Below are positions 11,429 to 21,499 of a DNA stretch of 64,000 nucleotides, one piece after another (position 1 is the first letter of the stretch; every line of letters starts with the position of its first letter). The notes under the pieces were generated by a model. That model saw only the letters and a program-made list of their open reading frames with translations. It made no database searches and was not told where the DNA came from. This DNA is from Bdellovibrionales bacterium. GTDB lineage: Bacteria > Bdellovibrionota > Bdellovibrionia > Bdellovibrionales > JAUICD01. The stretch covers positions 928,001 to 992,000 of the forward strand of contig OZ253553.1 of assembly GCA_965262715.1 (NCBI GenBank), read 5' to 3'. Position numbers and translations under genes: made by a program.

Positions 11429-12744
11429 GGCCTTGTTGCACAAAGATTTAAATAGTTTTTATTTTATTTATTTTTTAAGTAAGATTGTCATTTAATATTT
11501 TTTTATCAAAGAGAAGAAGGCACAATCATCTGATTAAGGATTTTACATTTAATAAACACTTCATTTGCTTGACGATGAAATTCTCTAGAAGATAATTTAT
11601 CACCTAATAAAGTTTTAAATCTATACATAGCTGTTTCTGATATAGACCTCCTGTGATATTTATGTTTTTTTTTCCACTTCTTTCTACCCATCTTCTTGAT
11701 TTCTCTAATATAAGTATCTCTAAGAAGCGGCGATCCCCGACAATTTCCATGCCTCTTAATCACAGCATTCTTTCTAGGTGGAGCAACCAATTTTATACTT
11801 CTATCACTTGTAAACTGATAACAATTCTTACAGTCATAAGCCCCATCAACTGAAACTTGGCCTATCTCATCTTCATATCCTGTCAATAACTCTTCAAAAA
11901 CCTCATTATCCTTTACAGAATTATCACTTAAAACAGATGCCTTAATCTGGGAATTTGACTCATCTACCGCTAAATGTAGCTTCTTCCATGTCCTTCTCTT
12001 AGAATACCCATGCTGACGGACTTTCCACTCTCCCTCCCCATAAACTTTAAGACCTGTGGAATCAATGACAATATGAGGATTCTTGTGAGAAGATAGCTTT
12101 CTTTCTAGTTTTACTGATAACTTCTGTAATCTTCTGCAAAGAGTTGTATAATTAGGTATTTCTATATCAAGACCCATAAGTTCAACTAGGGATTTAGCAA
12201 AACCTTCTGTAGATCGCAATTTTAAACCAAATATGAATCTTAATATATTAAGAGTTTCAATAGCTTTATCAGAGTAAACTTGTTGACCCCCTTGCTTTGA
12301 AGAACATTTTGCATACCAAGATTTGACGATATCTGCTGAAAACCAAAAAGTGATTTGACCTCTATTGACTAGAGACTTATTATAAAGACTCCAGTTTATT
12401 TTTTTATTTTTACCCATCTCTAGCTCCTTCTGATTTAGTGATTGTGAAAGTTGGGGATGGGTAAATTTTATAATCATTAAAAACAAAAAATCAAAGTAAT
12501 AGATATATCAAACTCAGGAAAGATCTTATTGCATAAAAATTTAAGAATGAGATTTGTGAAAGACTTCTGAAATAGGACTAGGCTAGCGGCTTAGGGTAAA
12601 TATCTCTTAAACTATTTTATTCTATAATAAAATCTTAAAATAATAGCAATACAAGGCGCGGGGGTTGCCTAGAGCCTATGGAAGATGCCTGACTTAATTC
12701 TCTAATCTTTTATATACTTCCTTAAATCTTTGTGCAACAAAGCC
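11429..12744 (-). mobile_element. IS5 family, IS903 group insertion sequence
   Basis: Terminal inverted repeats GGC(C/T)TTGTTGCACAAAGATTTA; 9-bp target duplication ACTTGTAAC at 11420-11428 and 12745-12753. Confidence 0.95.
11506..12417 (-). CDS. IS903-group transposase
   Basis: NWSLYNKSLVNRG, IDSTGLKVYGEGEW, RRTWKKLHLAVD, DGAYD, YHRRSISETAMYRFK. Confidence 0.95.
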   Translation of the reverse strand: MGKNKKINWSLYNKSLVNRGQITFWFSADIVKSWYAKCSSKQGGQQVYSDKAIETLNILRFIFGLKLRSTEGFAKSLVELMGLDIEIPNYTTLCRRLQKLSVKLERKLSSHKNPHIVIDSTGLKVYGEGEWKVRQHGYSKRRTWKKLHLAVDESNSQIKASVLSDNSVKDNEVFEELLTGYEDEIGQVSVDGAYDCKNCYQFTSDRSIKLVAPPRKNAVIKRHGNCRGSPLLRDTYIREIKKMGRKKWKKKHKYHRRSISETAMYRFKTLLGDKLSSREFHRQANEVFIKCKILNQMIVPSSL

Positions 12745-15128
12745 ACTTGTAACATGAATTGCTTAGAAGCCATCCATGCCCCTAAACAAAGAAATAAGTC
12801 GTCAGGCACTTCAGGTTTTTTGAGCCAAATTGAATGTCCGGAAGTCCCAATACCACTACTACAACCGTTCATGTCCAGTGAGAATTTTAACCTATCTTTG
12901 CTTGCAGGCTCTCTTGGCATAAAGTAACGAAGGTTTTTTAATTGTTCACCATATTTTTCAAGTTTTTCGCAACCTCTCCATGAGTAAGGAAAAGCTGCAG
13001 CGACTTGGCTTCTTGAAGCTAAAAGTTGTTCTTCCTCGATAGTCAATTTTACAATTGATTTTGGAAATGTTGTACCTCTGGGAACAAACATGATATCTTT
13101 ACTATCACTCTTATCCCACAATAAGGTGCGAAGGTTTCTTGCATTAGGATAAACTTTTTTAACCCACATTCTTTTATCACTTGTTTTTTTGATTCTTTTG
13201 GCCAATTCAATGTATACTCTCTTTTTAGAAGGTTCAAATCCCTTCGCAGAAATAATAAACTTTCCAATAGGTAATCCCGAATTGCTAGTATTAGAATGAG
13301 ATACTCCTAGAGGAGTTGTAATAAAATCTTTATTTTTAAGCATCTCTCCCCAAAAGCATTCAGCAACTAATGACGCTGGTGAATGAGGAAACCTTTTTAC
13401 AGATCGATGGTCAATGAATTTAAAATTTTCTTTCTTTGCCCATATTCGAAAATTTTCATGACTCTTGTTATGAAGAACTTGTTGTTTAATCAATAGCCCC
13501 ATTCTTGGGTTTTGTCCCCAATGAAAAATTCTTTCATCAAGCATGTGTCGGAGAACATAAATAGAAATATCAGAATCGTCAGAATAGATACTGCGGTAGG
13601 TATTTTGGAATAGGTCGCGATATTTATTAGCTCTAACACGATCCTTTGGTGCATCAATATTTCCCCAAGGAGGATTTCCGATGGCTAAAGTAACCTTTTT
13701 ATTCACAGTACAGTTAAAAAGGTTTTCATGATTCATTCCTTTTAACCTAGGAAGTCTCCAATTCGCTCCTAACTCACTTGGATCTGTATCCAAAATTTTC
13801 ACATAAGTACTTAATAGCATAGCCTTGCAACAACTAAGAGCATACTTGTCACAATCTATTGCAATTAGATTATTTGAAAAGAAGCTTTCTAGCTTTCTCT
13901 GGTCTATATTCTCCATACTCTCCCATGCGATCTCTGAAGCAACACACAAAAGTGTGCCTGATCCGGCTGCAGTGTCTATTATTACATCCTCAGTTGTCGG
14001 TTTTAACTTTCTAATCATCTCAATAGCTAAATCTTCAGGAGTATATATACTTGTACTACTTATCTCTTTGCCATAAATAATTTTTAAGACTGATTCATAT
14101 GCATATCCGAGGGTATCAGCGTGAAGAAGGTCAAGTCTCGTACAAAGCTTTTTTGTATGACCATATATCTCCCACATTAATCCATTCCATTCATTGTTTA
14201 GAGGAATAAAGTTTTCATTTAATAAACGATTAAGTTCTTTAGTTACACCTAAGATATTTCCATTTTTTTCTAAATCTTTCAATTTATCGTTAGGAATAAT
14301 TCCACAATCTCTTAATACAGCAATCAAAAAGAGTTGAACCCAATAGTCAAAAGCTAAAATATTTTCATCTACAACACTAATTATTTGTTTAAGAATATCT
14401 TGGAACTCCTTCTGAAGAGTTTTATCAAGAATACCTTCTGGTCTTGTATCTATATAAGGAGCACGTTGTAAAGAGTGAGCAAATTCACCATTGGAAACTT
14501 TGTCTAATATTTTAGTAAATTTTGAGAAACCACCCTCATCAGTGAGGTCAAAAACAATCTTTCCAGCTTTGGCCATTGGATACTCTATTGATCCATCGAA
14601 TATAATAGCTTTTTTCCCATTAGTAAGGATTCCTAAAGGATAAACTATCCTGCCATCCTTATAAAAGTTAAAGGAGAAAGCATATCGATGTGCCTGTTGA
14701 AATGCGTTTTCAAGTGGCTCTTCTTGACCTGGTCTTTTAAGCTCTATTGCTAGTTGACATCTTCCCTTCTTCATAATGCGAACATCAACTATTCCTTTTG
14801 GTCCTCTTCGTTCGTGTTGAAGTTCACCGATCGTGAGATCAAAATAGTCCGCAGCTAAAACAGTAAACCAGTTACTATGTAGTTCAGCTTCATTACCACA
14901 GTTTTTGACGACCTGTACGTGCCAATTGAAGTTCTTTTTACCCATAAACTTTATTATGAATAAACTTATTTGCGAAGTATATTTCCAGCTTATTCCTCTC
15001 TGAATTTAGGAATAAAGTTTAGGAGTTAACTTGGACAAACATCCTTCTGATTTTGAACCTAAGTTAAGAAACCTTAAATTGATTTTTTTGTGACCATTTA
15101 GTTAGATATGGTTATATAGAAGGAGCTC

Positions 15129-15326
15129 TTAGAAAAAACCAAAGTTTTTCATTTTATTGATAGATTTAAGTTTTGGGTCACTATCAATAGCCTTTCGAAT
15201 CATTCTAACAGCTCTTTCACACTTTTCTTTTTCAGTTTGTCCTGGATGTTTTGCCCACTGCCGTAATTGATCTTCCAATTTAGAATGTGTTTGATTTGAC
15301 GAATAAATAGACGAATATCCAAACAT
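15129..15326 (-). pseudogene. N-terminal remnant of a CD-NTase (CdnE-like)
   Basis: EDQLRQWAKHPGQTEKEKCERAVRMIRKAIDS matches the CdnE-type N-terminal helices; truncated before the GS motif. Confidence 0.6.
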
Positions 15327-15620
15327 TTAAAAATCCTATTGAATATAAAAGATTTATAATAATTGCTTTTTCAAATAAAGATCAATTTAATAAAGGAAAA
15401 GTCAATAGAATAAGCAATACCTTTGTGATTTTTTAGCAAACCCTTCTGATGATGAAAGTCCTTTCTTAATTCTTTTAGAAGTCGTTTCCTGAATATCGAG
15501 TAAAAGCTTCTTGGCACAATAACCTGACCCAAATATCTAAAACACTAAGTGTTTCTCTTGATAAGTTGATTAAACCTTGAAATGTGGTTTAAAATCTATT
15601 TAGTATGTTTAGGAAATGGT

Positions 15621-16547
15621 ATGACTAGTAAAGACTTTCCCACAATGTTCCAAGCAGCAGATAGCTGCGCAATAAGTTCACAAGCTATATATCTTCGTCT
15701 AATCAAAGCTGATATCGTACTTTTGATATTGGGACCATTGTTAGCAATTCTACCAGAACTGCTACCAAATTTTTCGATTTCTTGGTTAAAAAACATTGGA
15801 GTCCTCATGTCTATGAGCACTATTATTGTGACACTTCTAATATATTTATGGGGAAAAGACAAGGCATGGTATGGGTCAAGAGCAGTGGCCGAATCAATAA
15901 AAACATTAACTTGGCGCTATATCACTGGTGCTACTCCTTTTCCAATTGATATGGGTCAAAAAGATGCTGATAGACAATTTGGCAATACCTTACAGAAGTT
16001 AATGGAGCAAGAAAGTAAATTAAATTGGGTTTATAACTTAGATGCAAAGGTCGATCAAATAACTGAAGTGATGAGGACTCAACGAAATAAATCTATACGT
16101 GAACGAAAAAACTATTATATTAAATCAAGACTTGAAGAACAGTGTCAATGGTATGCAAGAAAAGCAAAATTTAATACCAGCAGGAAAAATCTATTTTTAT
16201 TTCTAATAATAATCATGCAGTTACTAATACCCGTTTTAATTTATAATGCTGTCCAAATTTTAACTATTGCAGTTGCAAGTGTATTTACTACTGTTGCAAC
16301 AGGTTTAATTCTTTGGGTTAATACTAAAAAATACCATGAATTATCTCAAGTATATGCCCTTACAGCACAAGAGCTTGGGGTTATAAAAACTAGTGCATAT
16401 CATATTAATTCTGACAAAGACTTATCAGACTTTGTAGCTGATACCGAAAGTGCATTCTCTAGAGAACACACTATGTGGATTGCAAGAAGAAATCATATAC
16501 CTATGATAAGGGAACATTCAAATGAGCAGGAAGTGGGTTTACAATAG
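15621..16547 (+). CDS. SLATT/DUF4231 tandem 2TM effector
   Basis: WYGSRAVAESIKTLTWRY, RLEEQCQWY, ELSQVY, ESAFSREHTMW; two pairs of TM helices. Confidence 0.88.
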   Translation: MTSKDFPTMFQAADSCAISSQAIYLRLIKADIVLLILGPLLAILPELLPNFSISWLKNIGVLMSMSTIIVTLLIYLWGKDKAWYGSRAVAESIKTLTWRYITGATPFPIDMGQKDADRQFGNTLQKLMEQESKLNWVYNLDAKVDQITEVMRTQRNKSIRERKNYYIKSRLEEQCQWYARKAKFNTSRKNLFLFLIIIMQLLIPVLIYNAVQILTIAVASVFTTVATGLILWVNTKKYHELSQVYALTAQELGVIKTSAYHINSDKDLSDFVADTESAFSREHTMWIARRNHIPMIREHSNEQEVGLQ

Positions 16548-17472
16548 TAAAGAGATACAGCTACCAGTTTATTTTTACTCTATATCTAGTGTCAAAACTC
16601 GGTTAAACACACTAGAGTATTTAAGAATCTTGATAAGATTGGAATGCAAAAACTTATTGGTTTCTGCCTATGATTTTAACAACTGTCATGATGTTGCAAT
16701 GATCCAAAGGGTTCTGAATAACAAACCAAATGGTACTATTATCCTAATGGATTGTGGAAATTATGAAAGTTATTGGATGAAGGATAAAAGTTGGTCTCAA
16801 AATGACTTTCACAATACTCATAAAAAATACAAGCCTGATTACTCATTTAGCTTTGATAATAACACACCTAGTAAAGATATAGAGGCATTCACTCCTGAAT
16901 TGATAGAATCTTACCAGTCCGATTGTAAAGCCATGGAAGGGTGTAATCTAATCCCAATCCTACATGGGGAATGTTCTGATATTTGCGAAAGGCTTGATGC
17001 ATTTCTGTCAAAATCAATGATAGAAATTATTGCAGTACCAGAGCGAATATTGGGAGGTGGAATATATGAGTGCTGTTTGTCTATTATCAAAATCCGAGAA
17101 GTTTTGAATTCTCACAATAATAATATTAAGCTTCATTTACTTGGAACTGGTAATCCTATTTCAATTCTTCTTTTTTCTTTGGCTGGAGCAGATAGCTTTG
17201 ATGGTTTAGAGTGGTGCCAAACTGTCGTAGATCATTTTTCTGGAAGACTTCACCACCTAAGCCATTGGGATTTTTTTAAAAATCAGACTGGGTGTTCGAA
17301 CTATCGTAATGTGCCGTTTGAGCAAAGCATCCTTGCACACAACATTATTTTTTACGAAAAATTTATGAAAGACTTACAAGATGCAATTAAGTCTGAATCT
17401 GTAGACTTAATGCTTCGTCATTTCTTACCTAATGGAGAATTTCTCAAAGTTAAAGAGTTACTAAGATTATGA
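16522..17472 (+). CDS. TGT-fold protein (Cap10-like)
   Basis: LMDCGNYE (DSG-type motif), IPILHG, LHLLGTG, GADSFDG; no Zn-binding cluster as in tRNA TGT. Confidence 0.8.
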   Translation: MSRKWVYNSKEIQLPVYFYSISSVKTRLNTLEYLRILIRLECKNLLVSAYDFNNCHDVAMIQRVLNNKPNGTIILMDCGNYESYWMKDKSWSQNDFHNTHKKYKPDYSFSFDNNTPSKDIEAFTPELIESYQSDCKAMEGCNLIPILHGECSDICERLDAFLSKSMIEIIAVPERILGGGIYECCLSIIKIREVLNSHNNNIKLHLLGTGNPISILLFSLAGADSFDGLEWCQTVVDHFSGRLHHLSHWDFFKNQTGCSNYRNVPFEQSILAHNIIFYEKFMKDLQDAIKSESVDLMLRHFLPNGEFLKVKELLRL

Positions 17473-18107
17473 TAGCATTAAAGTCACCACCAATTGATCA
17501 ACTAACCAAAGCTGTTTTTTCTTTAGAGTCTAAACTTCCAGAATTTCAGCATAATCTTTGGAAAAAGCAAAGAGGTGATGAGCTTTTCAAAAAGTTGGCA
17601 ATAGCAATTACAAGCAGTCAGACACATTTTCAGCAAGCTTTAAATTTTATTGATGCAAACTATAGTATAATTATTGGCGAATCAAATGGCGAGTTTAAAA
17701 ATGGTATTCGATTTCAATCTAAAAAAATTGAATATATAAGGAGAACAAAAGAGGAAATTGATTCATTAGGAGGAATTATTAAATTTTTAAATAAAAGCCT
17801 TGATCCTATTGAAGCTAGAGAAAGACTGATACAGATGTCTGCAGGGATAGGCCCTAAGCAAGCAAGTTTCTTTTTGGTTAGTATTGGATGGACAAATCAA
17901 TTAGCTATTCTCGATAGACATATACTGAACTTTATGAGATTAATTAATCTTATAAAATGGAATACGTCTATTCAGAGACTATCTGAATATGTCAGAGTGG
18001 AGCAAAAATTTATTGAAATGTGTCGATCATTTAATAAATGTCCCTTTAAATTCGACCTAGCAATTTGGATAGTAATGCGTGAATGGAGAAAGCTAAATTG
18101 TCATTAG
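17469..18107 (+). CDS. OGG-type N-glycosylase/lyase, HhH family (Cap11-like)
   Basis: GIRF, AGIGPKQASFFL, LAILDRHIL motifs. Confidence 0.85.
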   Translation: MIALKSPPIDQLTKAVFSLESKLPEFQHNLWKKQRGDELFKKLAIAITSSQTHFQQALNFIDANYSIIIGESNGEFKNGIRFQSKKIEYIRRTKEEIDSLGGIIKFLNKSLDPIEARERLIQMSAGIGPKQASFFLVSIGWTNQLAILDRHILNFMRLINLIKWNTSIQRLSEYVRVEQKFIEMCRSFNKCPFKFDLAIWIVMREWRKLNCH

Positions 18108-18691
18108 TAACACTAGTATCCGGTGGAATGGATAGCACATTAATTGCCTCTCTATGCAAAGAAGAAGGGATACTTCAACACCCTATTTTTATTGATTATG
18201 GTCAATTGTCATCAAAATTAGAGTTCAGGGCAGCAATTAAAATCCACAAGAAACTGGAATTACCCGAACCCAAATATTTTGACTTAAGGAGTTATGGTTA
18301 CAATATCAGGTCAGGTTTGACAGACACCAAGTTGCGAGTTAACGAAGATGCCTTTCTCCCTGGAAGAAACATGCTATTTTTGACTATTGGAGCTTCATAC
18401 GCATATCAAGTTGGTGCTAAGGGCATCACTATTGGACTTTTAAATGAAGAAGCTAGTATTTTCCCAGATCAAACAAAGAAATTTGTAAATGAAGCCAACT
18501 CTTTAATCAATTTTATGATAGGCTATGAATTAAAAGTAGTGACTCCATTGATCAAAATGAGTAAGTTAGACGTAATTAAACTTTTAAGAGTGCGAGGTTT
18601 ACAGGACACGTACTCTTGTCATATTGGAAATAAAAATCCGTGCGGAAAATGTATTTCCTGTTTAGAAATAAATAACAGTATAGGAATATAA
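18083..18691 (+). CDS. QueC-family protein (Cap9-like)
   Basis: SGGMDS PP-loop, PGRN, FPD and C-terminal SC...CGKCISC Zn motif. Confidence 0.9.
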   Translation: MEKAKLSLVTLVSGGMDSTLIASLCKEEGILQHPIFIDYGQLSSKLEFRAAIKIHKKLELPEPKYFDLRSYGYNIRSGLTDTKLRVNEDAFLPGRNMLFLTIGASYAYQVGAKGITIGLLNEEASIFPDQTKKFVNEANSLINFMIGYELKVVTPLIKMSKLDVIKLLRVRGLQDTYSCHIGNKNPCGKCISCLEINNSIGI

Positions 18692-18692
18692 T

Positions 18693-19172
18693 ATGGGCGG
18701 TGGAGGTGGATATCAAAGGCTAAGTGAGGAAGGACTATCAAGCCTTGCTGAACAAGCAAAAAAGGAATTAAAGGGTTCTTCGAAAGGGCAACACAATGTA
18801 TTTATTAGCTTTGATACAGATGATTTGGCAGAGGTGAATCTCCTTAGAGGACAAGAAAAAAGTAAGAGCAATGAAGTTGAATTTAAAGATTGGTCTGTCA
18901 AAAAACCCTACGATAGTCAAAATGCAGAATATATTAAAAGAAAAATTAGAGAGCGTATCCGCCAATGTTCTACAACAGCTGTCTATATTTCTAAGAAAAC
19001 TCATAAAAGTAAATGGGTAGATTGGGAAATTAAAGAGAGTATTGAAATGGAAAAGAAGGTGGTCGGTTTTTATAAGGGTACCAACCCCCCGTCAAAGTTA
19101 CCAAAAATAATAACTGATAATAATATTAAATGTGTGCAGTGGACCCATGAAAACCTTAAAAACAAACTTTAA
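18693..19172 (+). CDS. TIR-domain protein (ThsB/MTH538-like) with N-terminal MGGGGG
   Basis: NVFISF, IKRKIRERIRQCS, SKWVDWEI with the catalytic Glu. Confidence 0.88.
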   Translation: MGGGGGYQRLSEEGLSSLAEQAKKELKGSSKGQHNVFISFDTDDLAEVNLLRGQEKSKSNEVEFKDWSVKKPYDSQNAEYIKRKIRERIRQCSTTAVYISKKTHKSKWVDWEIKESIEMEKKVVGFYKGTNPPSKLPKIITDNNIKCVQWTHENLKNKL

Positions 19173-19281
19173 CACTTTTAGATTAGGGGTTTGGTAACAG
19201 ATATTTTGAGGTAACTCGCAGGTAATTCGATGGTTAATAATAAAAATGAGACAAATATAAAGTTTTTAATTAATAGGTTAT

Positions 19282-19602
19282 ATGAACCTTATATTATTTC
19301 GTCATGGTCCACCCATAGATTCTATTGAATGGCTACAACAAGGTGAAAAAGAAGGTGAGCGATTGCCCTCTTTAAAAAGATGTAATCGGATCCATTGGAT
19401 CAAAGAACTAATAGAAAAGAAGGATCATTCTAGTATTAGATGTTGGGAAGAAATCCGTAGGACAAAAAAAAGTGAATGTACGAGAGTTCATTTAGCTCTT
19501 AAAGATTTTAGTTATATGGTAGTACTTGAAGAAAGAGTCGATTATTGGTTACTCATTACAGCGTTTCCTATTGATAGAAAACATCAGAGAGAGAGAAAAT
19601 GA
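19282..19602 (+). pseudogene. chimeric ORF: SixA N-terminus fused to part of an island-type hypothetical protein
   Basis: First ~25 aa match the start of 22951-23478; the rest (RCNRIHWIK...YMVVLEER...LITAFP) is unrelated. Confidence 0.65.
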
Positions 19603-20051
19603 AAAAAAATGGGAAGGTTTTATGTCTCTTAAAAAAACAGGGGGTGCCTTTTGAGAGCATCCCCAGGAACTCCTTCTACACATGGCAGATGAGCTATATA
19701 GATTAGCGGTAGCTTTTTAGAAAAAGTCAAGAGAAAAGAAATAGAGATGTTAATTTCCTTTTTTATTATAAAAGGAATAAAGCCTATTATATCTACAATG
19801 CCTTATCTCTTAAACAATCAGAAAGATAACTTTGTGCTAGTGAGTTTTCTGGTAAGTTCTTCTGACGATGAAAATCCTTTTTTAATCCTCTTCGTGGTTA
19901 ATTTTTCAACATTGAATAAAATCTCTTTAGCGTGGGTAACCTGATCCTAATAGCAATGATATATTTGCAATAATTTTAATGATTGTTTCCACTTTTTCCT
20001 CCTTTTTTAAAAATAGGTGTATAAATACTTTTTTTGATTTTATGTTTTTTA

Positions 20052-20249
20052 AAAGCTTCTAAAATAGAGGTTTTTGACCATAAATATTGAGTGAGTTTCT
20101 CAATATTGCGAGTCGAAAGCTTAAAATCGACATAAAGTTTCCATAAAATTCCAGAATTTTCTGCTGGAATGTTAAGAAAATGTGTAATAAATATAGATAC
20201 ATAGTTGGAGTTATGGGTAGGTTTGTTTATTATCTCACCTCCCCGACCA
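20052..20249 (+). repeat. ~200-bp element end terminating in the att core, copy 1
   Basis: Diverged direct repeat of 22694-22893; both end in CTCCCCGACCA. Confidence 0.85.
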
Positions 20250-20417
20250 TTTCCTTAACATTGAGTGAATGCCGTATGATAACAAAATACTCAAAATAAA
20301 CTGAAACTTTTGAGACATCAGCCATTTAAGACCGTTCTAACGGTCGGGCTGATGCCCAAAAGCACACCAGAGGTGTGGTTTATTTTGAGGAAAAGATCGC
20401 AGGTTCAAATCCTGTCT
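20239..20417 (+). repeat. ~180-bp direct repeat, copy 2
   Basis: Near-identical to 9529-9707. Confidence 0.9.
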
Positions 20418-20521
20418 TTTCAACCACTGAAAATAATATAAAAATTGTAATGAAAAAGTATTAAAAATAAATTAGGATTAATCAATTGAAAATAATATAA
20501 CCCCTTAAGGAGGTACAAGTT

Positions 20522-21214
20522 ATGTCAAGACTTAAAATACTAAGGGTTTTTATATTTGTTTGGCCGTTTTTCGCTTTTTCAAATTTACTAACTACTACTA
20601 CAGCCCATGCCAACTTTGAAGTGTCTCCTCACATTGGATTACACTCTAGAAATGCTGTATATATTAATGGAAATAAAAGGGCATCAAAGTTAACATTGAT
20701 CTTTGGCGGAGATGTTCAATATAATTTCTTATTACACAGAAGAACCTTCTATAACACCTATATGGGCTTAGGTTTAAGATATCAATACTACTTTTCTCAG
20801 TTTGAAAAGTCACCAGCATCAGGTCAGATAAGTGCTCAAAGAGTAGGACTTTTATTGTCCTCAAGATATCTTTTAAGAAAACGATTTATTATAGGTATTT
20901 TATATGGGCTTGACCTTTGAAAATCTATAAATATTGAACAAGGATCTGATAACTCTAAAGGCTCAGAGTGGATAGATTTTATAGGTCTGTTAGGTATAGA
21001 AGTCGGCTTTAAATTCACAGACTTCTTGCTGGCGAAAATAGAATTAGGTATTAGTAACCTTTATGTAGGAGACCTAGAATGTGAAGGTTGTACAGGTAAA
21101 GATAATATAAGTGCTCGTATAGCAAAACCTTATATTTTACTAGGAGTGAGTTGGCTCTTTGGCTCTAATAATAGCTCTGGTCATGATATAGAAAGAGATG
21201 AGGATGAAGAGTAA
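20522..21214 (+). pseudogene. outer-membrane beta-barrel protein with an in-frame TGA at 20918
   Basis: AGGAGG RBS and signal peptide; frame continues past the stop; similar to 37743-38429 and 52418-53065. Confidence 0.8.
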
Positions 21215-21499
21215 AACTTTTTAATCTCAGTTTTTTCATATAGTGTGTACATACTGTCTGATGTCTAAAACTGGTATATTGTAAAAATATTAGGCAGTAT
21301 GTATCAAACTATATCGACTAATTATCCTCTAAATGAACTTTAGAGAGTCCTGATTGCACCTCCAAAAGAGTATGGTAGACATCATTGACATGATTTTGTT
21401 TTAGATTCTTTGCTGTATTCCCTTTATGCTCAACAGAGAAATTAAGAGTATTCTTAGCCCTTTCATTACTTTTTTTATTCTGATGAGTATTCCCTCTCA

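Larger units (their letters stand above)
11095..14945 (-). pseudogene. Type IIG-like restriction-modification enzyme (nuclease plus amino-MTase), split by an IS
   Basis: VDVRI...IELKRP nuclease-like motif, DTAAGSGTLL motif I, GNPPW motif IV; removing the IS restores an 841-aa frame. Confidence 0.85.

Noticed and set aside
16522..18691. Housekeeping tgt/queC, a Dpd DNA-modification cluster or QatABCD
   Set aside because: The TGT-fold protein is divergent, no dpdB/dpdC, KAP ATPase or TatD gene is present, and the genes are coupled to SLATT and TIR
20918..20920. UGA recoding (alternative genetic code)
   Set aside because: TGA ends normal genes (6416, 7914, 17472) and conserved genes have no in-frame TGA
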